Shown: positions 51,367 through 63,008 of the stretch, piece by piece | Numbering within the stretch: the first letter of the stretch is position 1 | How the letters are laid out: each line of letters starts with the position of its first letter | Notes under the pieces: generated by a model | What the model saw: only the letters and a program-made list of their open reading frames with translations | What the model was told of the DNA's origin: nothing | The model's database searches: none | Program-made: the position numbers and the translations under genes | DNA from: Pseudomonadota bacterium | Lineage (GTDB): Bacteria > Pseudomonadota > Gammaproteobacteria > Poriferisulfidales > JAYYZZ01 | Direction of reading: 5' to 3' | Length of the DNA: 64,000 bases | Assembly: GCA_036687665.1 (NCBI GenBank) | Contig: JAYYZZ010000002.1 | Span: 20,405-84,404 of the forward strand

Positions 51367-52737
51367 TTAGATTGATACATCTTCAGGTGTATAAATATCA
51401 GGTGTATAATTATCGAACCTTACATGCTCTCCATGAAAAGAGAGCATAGTTTTGAAAATGGGCCCATTTCTTTGTTTAGCTACTATGATTTCAGCAGTAC
51501 CTTTATTTGGACTATCATCGTTATAGACTTCATCTCTATAGATAAAAGCAATTAAATCTGCATCTTGTTCTATTGCACCAGAATCTCTTAAGTCAGACAT
51601 TATTGGTCTTTTGTCTGTTCTTTGCTCTAGGCTTCGATTTAGTTGGGATAAAACAATCACAGGGACATCTAATTCCTTGGCTAGGGCTTTTAGCTGTCTT
51701 GAAATATTAGATAGCTCCGTAGCACGGTTTTCTGCAATACCAGTGCTTTGCATTAATTGAATATAATCAACGATTATTAAATCTAATTCGTGCTCTGTTC
51801 TCTTTAATCTTCTGACACGAGCACGGATATCGCTGGGGGTAAGGTACGCATCATCATCAATGAAAAGCTTTGATTCAGATAGTAAAGAAAGAGCACTTGT
51901 GAGTCGTGGCCAATCTTCATCTGATAGTTTGCCTGTGCGCACATTTTGTTGATTTATTCGCCCCATAGAACTTAACATTCTCATGGCAAGCTGATTACCA
52001 GGCATTTCCATGCTAAATACAGCAACTTTTGATTTACGTTGAAACGCCGCATATTCTGCTATGTTCATAGCGAAACTCGTTTTACCCATTGAAGGTCTGC
52101 CCGCAACTATTATCAAATCCCCCCTTTGTAAACCAGATGTTTTTTCATCGAACTCTTTAAAACCAGTTGGCACGCCTGTTACAGGGTCATCGCTTTCACT
52201 CAATGTTTCTATTCTTTTCATAACATCTGTGAGCAAGCCTTTTATTGATGAGAAGCCTAATCTCATGCGCGGGTCTTGTTCTGCAATGTGAAAAATTTTC
52301 TGTTCAGCGATATCAAGCAAAGTTTTGCTGTCTTTCCCCTCATTTTTGAGGGTACTCTCGGTAATTTCTGTGCCTACGGTTATTAGTTGCCGAAGAATGG
52401 ATTGTTCCCGAACAATTTCAGCGTACGTAGCTATATGTGCGGCCGTTGGTGTATCTTTAGCAAGGGTTGCCAGATAACCAAGCAGATCAGAATCTTTTAA
52501 ATTTGGGAGTTCTTTTAGCTTCTCTGTTAATGTGATTACATCAATAGGTTTATTTTCTTGAGCTAGGTTGACTATTGCATGAAATATTACTCGATGCTCT
52601 TTTGCATAGAAATCTTCTTCATTTAGTTTGTCTGCAACCTCATCCCAAGCTTTTTCTTCTAATAACAGGCCACCTATTACAGCCTGCTCTGCTTCAATGG
52701 AATGGGGTGGTACACGTAAATCTTCTGTTTTTGGCAT
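51367..52737 (-). CDS. dnaB: replicative DNA helicase
   Basis: PPHSIEAEQAVIGGLL N-terminus, Walker A GRPSMGKT, 456 aa. Downstream of rplI. Confidence 0.96.
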   Translation of the reverse strand: MPKTEDLRVPPHSIEAEQAVIGGLLLEEKAWDEVADKLNEEDFYAKEHRVIFHAIVNLAQENKPIDVITLTEKLKELPNLKDSDLLGYLATLAKDTPTAAHIATYAEIVREQSILRQLITVGTEITESTLKNEGKDSKTLLDIAEQKIFHIAEQDPRMRLGFSSIKGLLTDVMKRIETLSESDDPVTGVPTGFKEFDEKTSGLQRGDLIIVAGRPSMGKTSFAMNIAEYAAFQRKSKVAVFSMEMPGNQLAMRMLSSMGRINQQNVRTGKLSDEDWPRLTSALSLLSESKLFIDDDAYLTPSDIRARVRRLKRTEHELDLIIVDYIQLMQSTGIAENRATELSNISRQLKALAKELDVPVIVLSQLNRSLEQRTDKRPIMSDLRDSGAIEQDADLIAFIYRDEVYNDDSPNKGTAEIIVAKQRNGPIFKTMLSFHGEHVRFDNYTPDIYTPEDVSI

Positions 52738-52871
52738 TTTTTTAAAATTTTATCTATTAGATGCCTTTATACGCTTACTCTCCTTTAGGGTAAATAGGAA
52801 GAAGTTGTGGATAACTTTTTTGCGCGACATAACAACAGCTTGCTGGCGGGGTTACGTAAAAATTAGTTTCT

Positions 52872-53327
52872 CTAGGTTTGCTCTTCTCCTTCAATGACTA
52901 AATTGATAGTCGCATCTACATCTGCATGCAGATGTATATGTATTTCATATTCACCCGCTATCTTCAAGGCTCCATCATTTAGACGTATTTCTCTTTTTTC
53001 TATCGGCATGTTATTTTCAGTCATGGCATGAGCTATATCGGCTGTTCCGATAGAACCAAATAGCTTTCCTTCCTCACCTACTTGTGTTGTTATTTTAATG
53101 GTCGCGTCTTGTAATTTTTCTTTTCTAGCTTGCGCTGCTAATAGCGTCTCTTTTGCTTCTTTTTCAAGCTGAGCCCTTTTCTGCTCAAATTCAGCTAAGT
53201 TTTCTTTGGTTGCATATTTAGCTTTTCCAAATGGAATTAGATAGTTGCGCGCATAACCCGACTTTACTTGTACTTTATCTCCAAGCTCACCTAGGTTTTC
53301 AATTTTGTCTAACAATATTACTTCCAT
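52872..53327 (-). CDS. rplI: 50S ribosomal protein L9
   Basis: MEVILLDKIENLGELGDKVQVKSGYARNYLIP is the canonical L9 N-terminus. Confidence 0.95.
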   Translation of the reverse strand: MEVILLDKIENLGELGDKVQVKSGYARNYLIPFGKAKYATKENLAEFEQKRAQLEKEAKETLLAAQARKEKLQDATIKITTQVGEEGKLFGSIGTADIAHAMTENNMPIEKREIRLNDGALKIAGEYEIHIHLHADVDATINLVIEGEEQT

Positions 53328-53353
53328 AATTACATCCCTTTTTTATTTTACCA

Positions 53354-54265
53354 TTAAGTTGTTTTAAGTCGACTGCGTATATCAATGAAATTATCAATTA
53401 AAGCTGTGACAACTAAGAGGATAACGACAATTGCAGTGCTGATTAGCAGAAAAAAGTACATTAATCCCAACCACATTGTCGCAATTATAGACCTGCTTAG
53501 AACATTATGTGCTAAAGAAAGACCTTGAAAAATAAACATTACTCCGAATATCAGAGATAATTCTTTTAATAAGGGTTCTTTGGCCAGCAAAGAAGCAGAC
53601 AGGATCAACAAGTAAATGATTGATGAAACATACCCCAATCTTAACTCATAAAATTCCTGTTTAAAGCCTTTGGGTTTGTATAGCAAAGCTTGCCACCATC
53701 TTGCGACCAATAGTGTGATTGTTGTCCAGATTAATATCGCAGCAATATAACTTCCAGTCATAATCTCTGCCGCTATAGGCAGCACTTTTTCAAGTCGCGC
53801 ACTATCAAACCCAAGCTGTAGAAACAGTGGCTGGATGTGCTCGTTTAAAAAACTCAACCATTGGCCATCGATGTTGGGCACAACTATATGTGCAATCAGT
53901 AAGCAAGCCGCGCCGAAGACCGACCCATAGATCAAGCCTAAAGGCAGAGATATTGTTTTATGCAAAGCGGTAGCGTAAATAAAAACAGCAATCATAGGGA
54001 GGCTGTATAAAGCACCATAAATGATGCTTTGAGTTTGCATAAAACCATAGATTGCTAAAACAATATTACTTATAAATAAAACTTCTACTCCTATTTTTAT
54101 GCCATGCCTTAGGACTACTAGAGCGATAATTGCATTGCTAAGAATATATAATGGCCAAAAGAATGGTAAAAACTCTGGGAGCGCTATACAAAGAATAACA
54201 CTGCCCGCTGCGTTTATAGGGTTTGATAAAACAAATTCACCAATTTTTTTAAATAAATTACCCAT
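53354..54265 (-). CDS. polytopic inner-membrane protein of unknown function (possibly DUF2232/YybS-like)
   Basis: 303 aa, about 8 hydrophobic segments, no catalytic motif recognised. Embedded between rpsR and rplI. Confidence 0.6.
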   Translation of the reverse strand: MGNLFKKIGEFVLSNPINAAGSVILCIALPEFLPFFWPLYILSNAIIALVVLRHGIKIGVEVLFISNIVLAIYGFMQTQSIIYGALYSLPMIAVFIYATALHKTISLPLGLIYGSVFGAACLLIAHIVVPNIDGQWLSFLNEHIQPLFLQLGFDSARLEKVLPIAAEIMTGSYIAAILIWTTITLLVARWWQALLYKPKGFKQEFYELRLGYVSSIIYLLILSASLLAKEPLLKELSLIFGVMFIFQGLSLAHNVLSRSIIATMWLGLMYFFLLISTAIVVILLVVTALIDNFIDIRSRLKTT

Positions 54266-54310
54266 TTTTAACGGGCTCGTGAAAGGCAGAGCTTGTAATT
54301 TGCAAATAAC

Positions 54311-54571
54311 TCAGTGGTTGTCACAGTATGGGATTAGCGCGATGTAGCGTGCTCTTTTGATCGCAGTTGAAAGCTGTCTTTGATATTTTGCTTTTGTGCC
54401 TGTTACTCTGCTTGGAATAATTTTGCCTGTTTCAGTGATAAAATCTTTGAGTAGGTCAACATCTTTGTAATCAATCTCTGTGATACCTTCTTCTGTAAAT
54501 CTACAGTATCTCTTTCTTTTTGGAAAAGAGGATCTTCTTTTTCTGTTCTGTGTTTTTTTATCTCTTGCCAT
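54311..54571 (-). CDS. rpsR: 30S ribosomal protein S18
   Basis: [43 protein letters not shown] block matches S18. Has a basic N-terminal extension. Confidence 0.95.
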   Translation of the reverse strand: MARDKKTQNRKRRSSFPKRKRYCRFTEEGITEIDYKDVDLLKDFITETGKIIPSRVTGTKAKYQRQLSTAIKRARYIALIPYCDNH

Positions 54572-54583
54572 GATCTTTTTTTT

Positions 54584-54997
54584 CTATGTTTGTTTTTCCT
54601 CTGTATTTGCTTCTCCCGCTGCCCCTTTACGAGCAGTAAACTCACCCCCGTTGTCTCGCTCTTTTACGTTGTCTCGCTCTTTTAGTTTCATTTGAGGTGA
54701 CGGTGTAGTAACAGAAGTATTCTTTTTTAATATTATGTTACGTATCACTGCATCATTGAAGCGAAAAGCGCTAGTAATTTCATCTAATGATTTTTTTGAA
54801 CATTCAATATTCATTAATACGTAATGAGCTTTATGCATTTTGTGAATAGGGTATGCGAGTTGCCTTCGTCCCCAATCTTCTAACCGGTGTATTTTTCCAT
54901 TATCAGATTCAACCATAGATCGGTACCGCTCTATCATAGCCTGAACCTGATCACTTTGATCTGGGTGGACGAGAAATACTACTTCATAATGTTGCAT
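54584..54997 (-). CDS. rpsF: 30S ribosomal protein S6
   Basis: [19 protein letters not shown]-terminus. 137 aa with an extended charged tail. Confidence 0.95.
   Translation of the reverse strand: MQHYEVVFLVHPDQSDQVQAMIERYRSMVESDNGKIHRLEDWGRRQLAYPIHKMHKAHYVLMNIECSKKSLDEITSAFRFNDAVIRNIILKKNTSVTTPSPQMKLKERDNVKERDNGGEFTARKGAAGEANTEEKQT
54650..54685 (-). repeat. 18-bp tandem duplication inside the S6 tail
   Basis: Forward GTTGTCTCGCTCTTTTAC / GTTGTCTCGCTCTTTTAG (17 of 18 identical), encoding [12 protein letters not shown]. Confidence 0.9.
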
Positions 54998-55091
54998 TTA
55001 TAATTTTCCTTTTGGTCAGTTGGCCCTTAATTTAAGAGCAAGGAGTTGTTTTTCAACAAGGACGCGATTCTACATAAGAAAAGAAATTCTT

Positions 55092-55838
55092 TCAATTGTC
55101 TTTGAATTGTCTTGTAGCCTCAAAGAGCACTATCCCTGTGGCAACAGACACATTGAGGCTTTCTGTTTTGCCTAACATGGGGCATCTGACCATATGGTCA
55201 CACTTCTTTATTAATAAATTTTTTAACCCAGCGTTTTCAGAGCCTACGACAATGGCCAGTGGAAATGAAAAATCAACTTCATAAAGAGATAGTTCGCCTG
55301 CCTCTGAAGTACCATATAACCATATCCCGCATTTTTTTAGTAACTCTAAGGTCCTTGCAAGATTTGTAACTTGGAAAAAAGTCATTCTTTCTGCAGCCCC
55401 AGAAGCAATTCTCCTGACCGCAGGTGTTATTTCTGCAGAGCCTCGTTTTTGAGTAATAATAGCGTTTACTCCAGCACCCTCTGCTGTTCTTATGCAAGCA
55501 CCAAAATTATGCGCATCTGTAACACCATCTATTACAAGCAAAAGCAGTTTTTCGTTTTTGTTTTCAACTAGCTCGCTAAGTTTGTCCTCATTAAGAACTG
55601 TTATTTTTTTAGCCAAGGCCAATATATTTTGATGGTTTGATTTTCCAACTTTCTTATCAATCTTTTCTCTAGATATATTTTTTATCGGTATTTTGTGAGC
55701 TTTTGCCATTTTCAAAAGATTTGAAATTCTTTTGTTATCTGCTGGAGCTGATGTCCACACTTCTTTTATGTCGCCAGGTTGTTCTTTCAGAACCGATTGT
55801 ATTGTATGAATACCAAAAATAAATTCGCTGTTTGACAT
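55092..55838 (-). CDS. rlmB: 23S rRNA (guanosine2251-2'-O)-methyltransferase
   Basis: 248 aa SpoU/TrmH family protein with DGVTDAHNFGACIRTA and SLNVSVA blocks. Downstream of the rnr homologue, as in many gammaproteobacteria. Confidence 0.88.
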   Translation of the reverse strand: MSNSEFIFGIHTIQSVLKEQPGDIKEVWTSAPADNKRISNLLKMAKAHKIPIKNISREKIDKKVGKSNHQNILALAKKITVLNEDKLSELVENKNEKLLLLVIDGVTDAHNFGACIRTAEGAGVNAIITQKRGSAEITPAVRRIASGAAERMTFFQVTNLARTLELLKKCGIWLYGTSEAGELSLYEVDFSFPLAIVVGSENAGLKNLLIKKCDHMVRCPMLGKTESLNVSVATGIVLFEATRQFKDN

Positions 55839-55846
55839 TTTTTATT

Positions 55847-57349
55847 TCATTTCGCAATATGGAAATCTATTTTTCCTTCATTAATATTAACTGCTGCCAA
55901 TTTTATTTTTACTTTTTCTCCGATTTGGTAAATATGCCCGGTATGTTCTCCATATAATCTATGATTGTCAGGCTCAAAATGATAGTAGTCCTTTTTAAGT
56001 TGTTTGATATGAACCAGGCCACTCACAAAAATATTTTCAATTTCAACAAAGATCCCGAATGATGTCACAGTGCTTATTACTCCTTTAAAAGTTTTCCCAA
56101 TTTTATCTTGCATATATAAGCACTTAAAAAAATCTTGTATATCGCGCGCAGCTTCCTCAGCTTTCCTTTCAGTGTCGGAACAGTGGGTCCCTAAAAACGA
56201 AATATCGTCTAATAAATATAGATGTTTGCGAGTACGATTTTTTCCGAGAGCATTCTTTATAATCCTATGAGTTATAAGGTCTGGGTATCTTCTGATTGGT
56301 GAAGTAAAATGCGTATAATTTTCAAGGCTTAAGCCAAAGTGACCAATATTTTTAGAATTATATTCAGCTTGAGGTAAAGAGCGGAGCATAATTATTTGAA
56401 TAAGACTTTGTTTATCTTCATTTTTTATTTTTTTTAGCAACTTAGCATAATTTTTACTAGTTGGTTTTTTGGCAGTGCGTAACGATAAGCCAAAGTCTTC
56501 TAAAAAATTTTTTAATTCATCTAGTTTTTCTTGTGTTGGTAGGTCATGAATGCGATAAAGGCCAGGAATTTTATTATTCCTTATAAAAGATGCGGCAGAG
56601 ATGTTTGCCAAAATCATACATTCTTCTATTATGCAGTGCGCATCATTTCTTTCTGTGGATTGAATGTCCGTAATTTCCTCTTTTTGATTAAATACAAATT
56701 TAATTTCTTTACTATTAAATTCTATCGCTCCTCTTTTATCTTTTAGCCCTTTGAGCTTGGCATATAGCCGGTGTAAATTTTGAATATCTTCTACAAAAGC
56801 GCTGTATTTTTTTTTAGCAATTTTATTGCCTGTAATTATTTCGTTGGCCTGGGTGTAAGTTAAGCGTGCTTGCGATCTTATAACCCCAGGATAAAAAGAA
56901 TAGCCTGCCATTTTTCCATTTTCGTCAATACTCATCTCGCAAATCATTGCTAAACGATCTTTATTAGGTAGCAAAGAACATAGATTGTTAGAAATTTTCT
57001 CAGGAAGCATAGGGATAACACGACCCGGTAAGTATATTGATGTGCCTCTTTTGAGCGCTTCTTCGTCTATAGCAGAGTTTTTAGTGACATAGTGAGAGAC
57101 GTCAGCAATTGCAACAAACAAACTCCACCCAGAATTTTCTTTAGCACAATATACAGCATCATCAAAATCCTTTGCGTCTTCCCCATCAATAGTTATGAAA
57201 GGCAAGTTTCGCAAATCTCGTCTTTTTTGAATCTCTTTTTCTTTAAAAGATATTTTCTTTTCTTGATCGAGTACGGCGCGTGGCCATTGATATGGGATTT
57301 GATGGCTTGATAAAATTTCTTGAATCTCCGCCCAAATTTTTTCTTGCAC
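55847..57349 (-). CDS. rnr: RNase R/II-family 3'-5' exoribonuclease, RNB+S1 core only (N-terminal HTH/cold-shock domains and C-terminal basic tail absent)
   Basis: GTG start. LPFITIDGEDAKDFDDAVYC, NDAHCIIEECMILANISAA and GHFGL...YTHFTSPIRRYPDL RNB motifs, followed by an S1 domain (GVISTVTSFGIFVEI). The N-terminus aligns to about residue 220 of E. coli RNase R. Confidence 0.85.
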   Translation of the reverse strand: MQEKIWAEIQEILSSHQIPYQWPRAVLDQEKKISFKEKEIQKRRDLRNLPFITIDGEDAKDFDDAVYCAKENSGWSLFVAIADVSHYVTKNSAIDEEALKRGTSIYLPGRVIPMLPEKISNNLCSLLPNKDRLAMICEMSIDENGKMAGYSFYPGVIRSQARLTYTQANEIITGNKIAKKKYSAFVEDIQNLHRLYAKLKGLKDKRGAIEFNSKEIKFVFNQKEEITDIQSTERNDAHCIIEECMILANISAASFIRNNKIPGLYRIHDLPTQEKLDELKNFLEDFGLSLRTAKKPTSKNYAKLLKKIKNEDKQSLIQIIMLRSLPQAEYNSKNIGHFGLSLENYTHFTSPIRRYPDLITHRIIKNALGKNRTRKHLYLLDDISFLGTHCSDTERKAEEAARDIQDFFKCLYMQDKIGKTFKGVISTVTSFGIFVEIENIFVSGLVHIKQLKKDYYHFEPDNHRLYGEHTGHIYQIGEKVKIKLAAVNINEGKIDFHIAK

Positions 57350-57358
57350 AGAAGTTTC

Positions 57359-59330
<1,972 letters not shown>

Positions 59331-59423
59331 TCGTATTAATGTCCATTAAGTTATAGGACTTAGGCGGTGTTTGCAAGTACACTGCATGTTAAACTCATAA
59401 ATAATTTTAGCAGTACTTTGAAA

Positions 59424-60098
59424 ATGGATACTAATACAGCAAGATTTAATATGATTGAGCAACAGATACGACCATGGGGTGTATTTGATCCTGTGACTTT
59501 AAGCACATTAGCTGAAGTCCCAAGAGAAGTATTTGTCCCAGAAAAATACTCAGATCTAGCTTTCGCGGACTATGAGATTCCGATAGGAAATAACCAATTT
59601 ATGATGAACCCAAAAATAGAAGGCCATCTGTTGCAGGCGCTTGAACTGAAGGCTAGTGATAAAGCTTTAGAGATTGGCACTGGTTCAGGTTTTATTACCG
59701 CATGCTTAGCTCACACTGTTTCTAATGTTGAAAGTATTGACTTATACGATGATTTCATTGAGGAGGCATCATCAAAGTTAAGCTTTTTTGGTTTAAATAA
59801 TATTAGATTAAAAAAGTTCGATGTAACTCAAAGTGTAACAGAAGGCCCAGCTATTTCTGACGTGGATAATAATTACGACGTAATTGCCTTGACAGCTTCA
59901 TTGCCAGAGTATGTGCATGATTTTGAACTTATGTTGAATATTGGTGGTCGAATGTTTGTAATAGTAGGAGATGGCCCATTAATGGTTGCAATGAAAGTCA
60001 AACGTGTTGATGACGATGTGTTTAAAAGGACCAATCTGTTCGAAACATCTTTGCCACCGTTAGTTAATTTTAAAAGAAATATAGAGTTTTCGTTATAG
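59424..60098 (+). CDS. protein-L-isoaspartate O-methyltransferase-family protein (Pcm-like)
   Basis: RFNMIEQQIRPWGV start and LEIGTGSGF SAM motif. I place the start at ATG 59424 (MDTNTARF) rather than the track's 59367. Confidence 0.75.
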   Translation: MDTNTARFNMIEQQIRPWGVFDPVTLSTLAEVPREVFVPEKYSDLAFADYEIPIGNNQFMMNPKIEGHLLQALELKASDKALEIGTGSGFITACLAHTVSNVESIDLYDDFIEEASSKLSFFGLNNIRLKKFDVTQSVTEGPAISDVDNNYDVIALTASLPEYVHDFELMLNIGGRMFVIVGDGPLMVAMKVKRVDDDVFKRTNLFETSLPPLVNFKRNIEFSL

Positions 60099-60101
60099 TT
60101 T

Positions 60102-60422
60102 ATGCTTGATTTTTCTCCTTCGGATTTAAAAAACTATCTTGACGCGGCCACCGAAAAGCCATTAATTTTAGATGTTAGAGAGCCGTGGGAGTATGAAAAG
60201 GCGAGCTTAGATAATTCGCTTTTAGTGCCTATGCGTGAGTTGCCAACTTTTGTTAAAGAACTGCAACCTGAAAGAAGTGTTATTGTTGTCTGTCATCATG
60301 GTATTCGCAGCAGAGCAGTTTGCCGATATTTAGAGGATCAAAATTTTACAAATGTAATAAACTTATTTGGCGGATTAGATGCTTGGGCTAAAAGTGTTGA
60401 CCCCGACATGCCTACATATTAA
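60102..60422 (+). CDS. single-domain rhodanese (sulfurtransferase)
   Basis: 106 aa with active-site loop CHHGIRS. Confidence 0.85.
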   Translation: MLDFSPSDLKNYLDAATEKPLILDVREPWEYEKASLDNSLLVPMRELPTFVKELQPERSVIVVCHHGIRSRAVCRYLEDQNFTNVINLFGGLDAWAKSVDPDMPTY

Positions 60423-60429
60423 TTTAAAA

Positions 60430-61758
60430 ATGAAAAGATATACACATAGTTTTTTTCTTTATAGTTTTTTTCTGATATTGTTTTCTCCTATAGTTTACGC
60501 AGAAAATTTCTTTGAAGTGTTCTATTTAGCATTACAGAATGATCCTGTTCTGCATCAATCAGAAGCTGAGTATAAAATTGCGTTACAAGCTTATCCAATT
60601 GCACGCGCAGCACTACTTCCTCAGGTAAATTTCACAGCCAGTCGCAAAAGAACGCATGAAACAATTGATGGAACGACATTTGGAGTTGCAAATTCAAGTG
60701 ACACATATTTCACAGAAAAATACAGCATCAATTTGACGCAATCCTTATACAATCGCGATTACTATGTTTTACTGCAGCAATCAAAATCAACCATTGCACA
60801 AGCTCTCGCTAAAAGAGATTCAATGAGGCAAGATTTAATAATAAGAACAGCAGTAGCTTATTTTGATGCTTTAGAGGCTCTAGACAATTTACAATTTGCA
60901 ATATCTGAAAAAGCTGCGATATCAAGACAATTAGATGAAGCGAAGCGACGATTTTCCGTTGGGTTGACTGCAATTACCGATATAAAAGAAGCGGAAGCCT
61001 CATATGACCTTTCAGTAGCTCGGGAAATTGATGCAAAAAACCAGAGCGATATTATTTTTGAAAAATTATCGCTAATTACCGGGCATCAGCATGACAAGCT
61101 TAGCCCCCTATCAAATAATATGAGTTTATCGTTACCAGAGCCGCTTGATAGTCAGTCTTGGGTTGATAAAGCTATCCAGCACAATTTAGATTTATTAGCA
61201 AAAACGAAAGAACTTGAGGTTGCTGAAGATGAAGTAGAACACCAACGTGCTGATCATTACCCTACGCTAGATGTTGTGGGTTCGACCTCAAACACAGACA
61301 AAGGCGGTGGCGTTTCAGGCGCAATTGAAACAGATAACAATATGATAGGTGTTGAATTTAATATTCCTTTATTTTCTGGAGGGAGCACATTTTATAAAAC
61401 AAGAGAAGCGATATATGCGCGGGAGAAAGTTAAAAAGCAATTAGAACAAAAGCGCCGCGAAGTTATTCAAAAAACGAGGGATTCTTATTTGAATGTTTCT
61501 TCCGGGGTCAGTCGAGTTAATGCCTTGAAGCGGGCTTTAGAGTCAACAGAAGTTGCAGCGCAGTCTACCCAAGCAGGCTTTGATGTTGGAACAAGGTCAT
61601 CTGTCGATGTTCTTCTTTCTTTGAAAGACACATACGCAGCTAAACGTGATTTTTCTCGTGCCCGTTATGATTATATTATAGCCACACTGCTTTTAAAGCA
61701 GTCAATAGGGGCTCTATCTCAGGATGACGTTGAATTAATAAATGCATGGTTAGATTGA
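60430..61758 (+). CDS. tolC: TolC-family outer membrane channel
   Basis: Signal peptide MKRYTHSFFLYSFFLILFSPIVYA. Two-repeat OMF architecture (LLPQVNFTAS..., YPTLDVVGS...). I prefer the ATG at 60430 to the track's 60379. Confidence 0.88.
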   Translation: MKRYTHSFFLYSFFLILFSPIVYAENFFEVFYLALQNDPVLHQSEAEYKIALQAYPIARAALLPQVNFTASRKRTHETIDGTTFGVANSSDTYFTEKYSINLTQSLYNRDYYVLLQQSKSTIAQALAKRDSMRQDLIIRTAVAYFDALEALDNLQFAISEKAAISRQLDEAKRRFSVGLTAITDIKEAEASYDLSVAREIDAKNQSDIIFEKLSLITGHQHDKLSPLSNNMSLSLPEPLDSQSWVDKAIQHNLDLLAKTKELEVAEDEVEHQRADHYPTLDVVGSTSNTDKGGGVSGAIETDNNMIGVEFNIPLFSGGSTFYKTREAIYAREKVKKQLEQKRREVIQKTRDSYLNVSSGVSRVNALKRALESTEVAAQSTQAGFDVGTRSSVDVLLSLKDTYAAKRDFSRARYDYIIATLLLKQSIGALSQDDVELINAWLD

Positions 61759-61774
61759 ACTATTAGTTATTTCA

Positions 61775-63007
61775 ATGCGTAAAATTAAGCCACTACTAAA
61801 ATACAACGCAATACTAAGGGTGGCGAGCCCCCTTGTACTTGCATATACACTTTATAGAGCCTTAAAAGATGGTGGTTTTAATTATGTTTTGCAACGTTTT
61901 GGAATTTATGTCCCCAAGTTTGACGCAAAACCAGTGTGCATACACTGCGCATCTGTGGGCGAAGTTAGTGCAGCATTGCCGCTCATTGAAGCTTTGCAAA
62001 GTCAAAAAATCCCAATAGTTATTACAACTCATACACCTACAGGAAGATATTTTGCAAAAAATTATTTTGCAGAGTCGATAATACATATTTATTTTCCTTT
62101 AGATTACAAAGGGTGTGTAAGAAGGTGGCTAGAACGGGTGAATCCTTCTTCCCTTATAGTTTTAGAAACTGAAATATGGCCTAATTTTTATAATATGTGC
62201 AAAGAACTGAATATCCCAATTTCTATAATTAATGCAAGGTTGACTAGCAAAACTATGCGAGCTCCAAGATTTTTACATGACATCTATAAAGATTCTCTGA
62301 GTCAGATGAATATACTTCTTGCACGTACGCAGCGTGACGCTGCTCTTTTTCAAGAGCTGGGTATGCCAGAAAAGAAAATTTTTACAATTGATAACATAAA
62401 ATACTCGAGCTGCGCAGAAAAAGACAAAAAATATGAAAAAAGATTGGTTGATAAAGAATATGTATTGGCATCTTCGCTGCATAGTGGCGAAGAAAATATT
62501 GTTGCTTCTTGTGTCTGCGAAGAGAGTTTTCTTGTTATTGCCCCAAGATATCCAGATGAAGGAAAAAAGATGCAAAAGTCATTACAAAAAAAAGGATACG
62601 CAGTTAGTTTGCACAGTAAAAATGAAGATTATAAAAAGAACCAAATACACATAGTTGATACCCTGGGTGATCTAGATAATTTGATAGGGCATGCATTGTT
62701 TGTGATTTTTGGTGGCTCTTTTATCAAAGCGGGGGGCCATAATCTTCTTGAGGCAGGGCGTGTAGGTAAAACAGTCATTGTTGGCCCTTCAATGGAGAAT
62801 TTTTCCCAAGAAACAAATGATTTAGAAAAAGAAAGAGCAATCATTCAGGTCAAAAATAGAAACGAGCTGCAGGCTGCGGTAAAAAGTTTGTTATCTGATA
62901 AAATTTTATGCAAGGAAATTGGAGACCGTGCGCGCAATCACATATCGCTTCATTCAGATGCAGCAATGCGTTATATGAAAAAATTGCAAGAAAATAATTT
63001 CTTTTAA
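61775..63007 (+). CDS. waaA: 3-deoxy-D-manno-octulosonic acid (Kdo) transferase
   Basis: 410 aa with IHCASVGEV motif and a GT30-type C-terminal domain (GGSF...GGHNLLE). Confidence 0.9.
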   Translation: MRKIKPLLKYNAILRVASPLVLAYTLYRALKDGGFNYVLQRFGIYVPKFDAKPVCIHCASVGEVSAALPLIEALQSQKIPIVITTHTPTGRYFAKNYFAESIIHIYFPLDYKGCVRRWLERVNPSSLIVLETEIWPNFYNMCKELNIPISIINARLTSKTMRAPRFLHDIYKDSLSQMNILLARTQRDAALFQELGMPEKKIFTIDNIKYSSCAEKDKKYEKRLVDKEYVLASSLHSGEENIVASCVCEESFLVIAPRYPDEGKKMQKSLQKKGYAVSLHSKNEDYKKNQIHIVDTLGDLDNLIGHALFVIFGGSFIKAGGHNLLEAGRVGKTVIVGPSMENFSQETNDLEKERAIIQVKNRNELQAAVKSLLSDKILCKEIGDRARNHISLHSDAAMRYMKKLQENNFF

Positions 63008-63008
63008 T

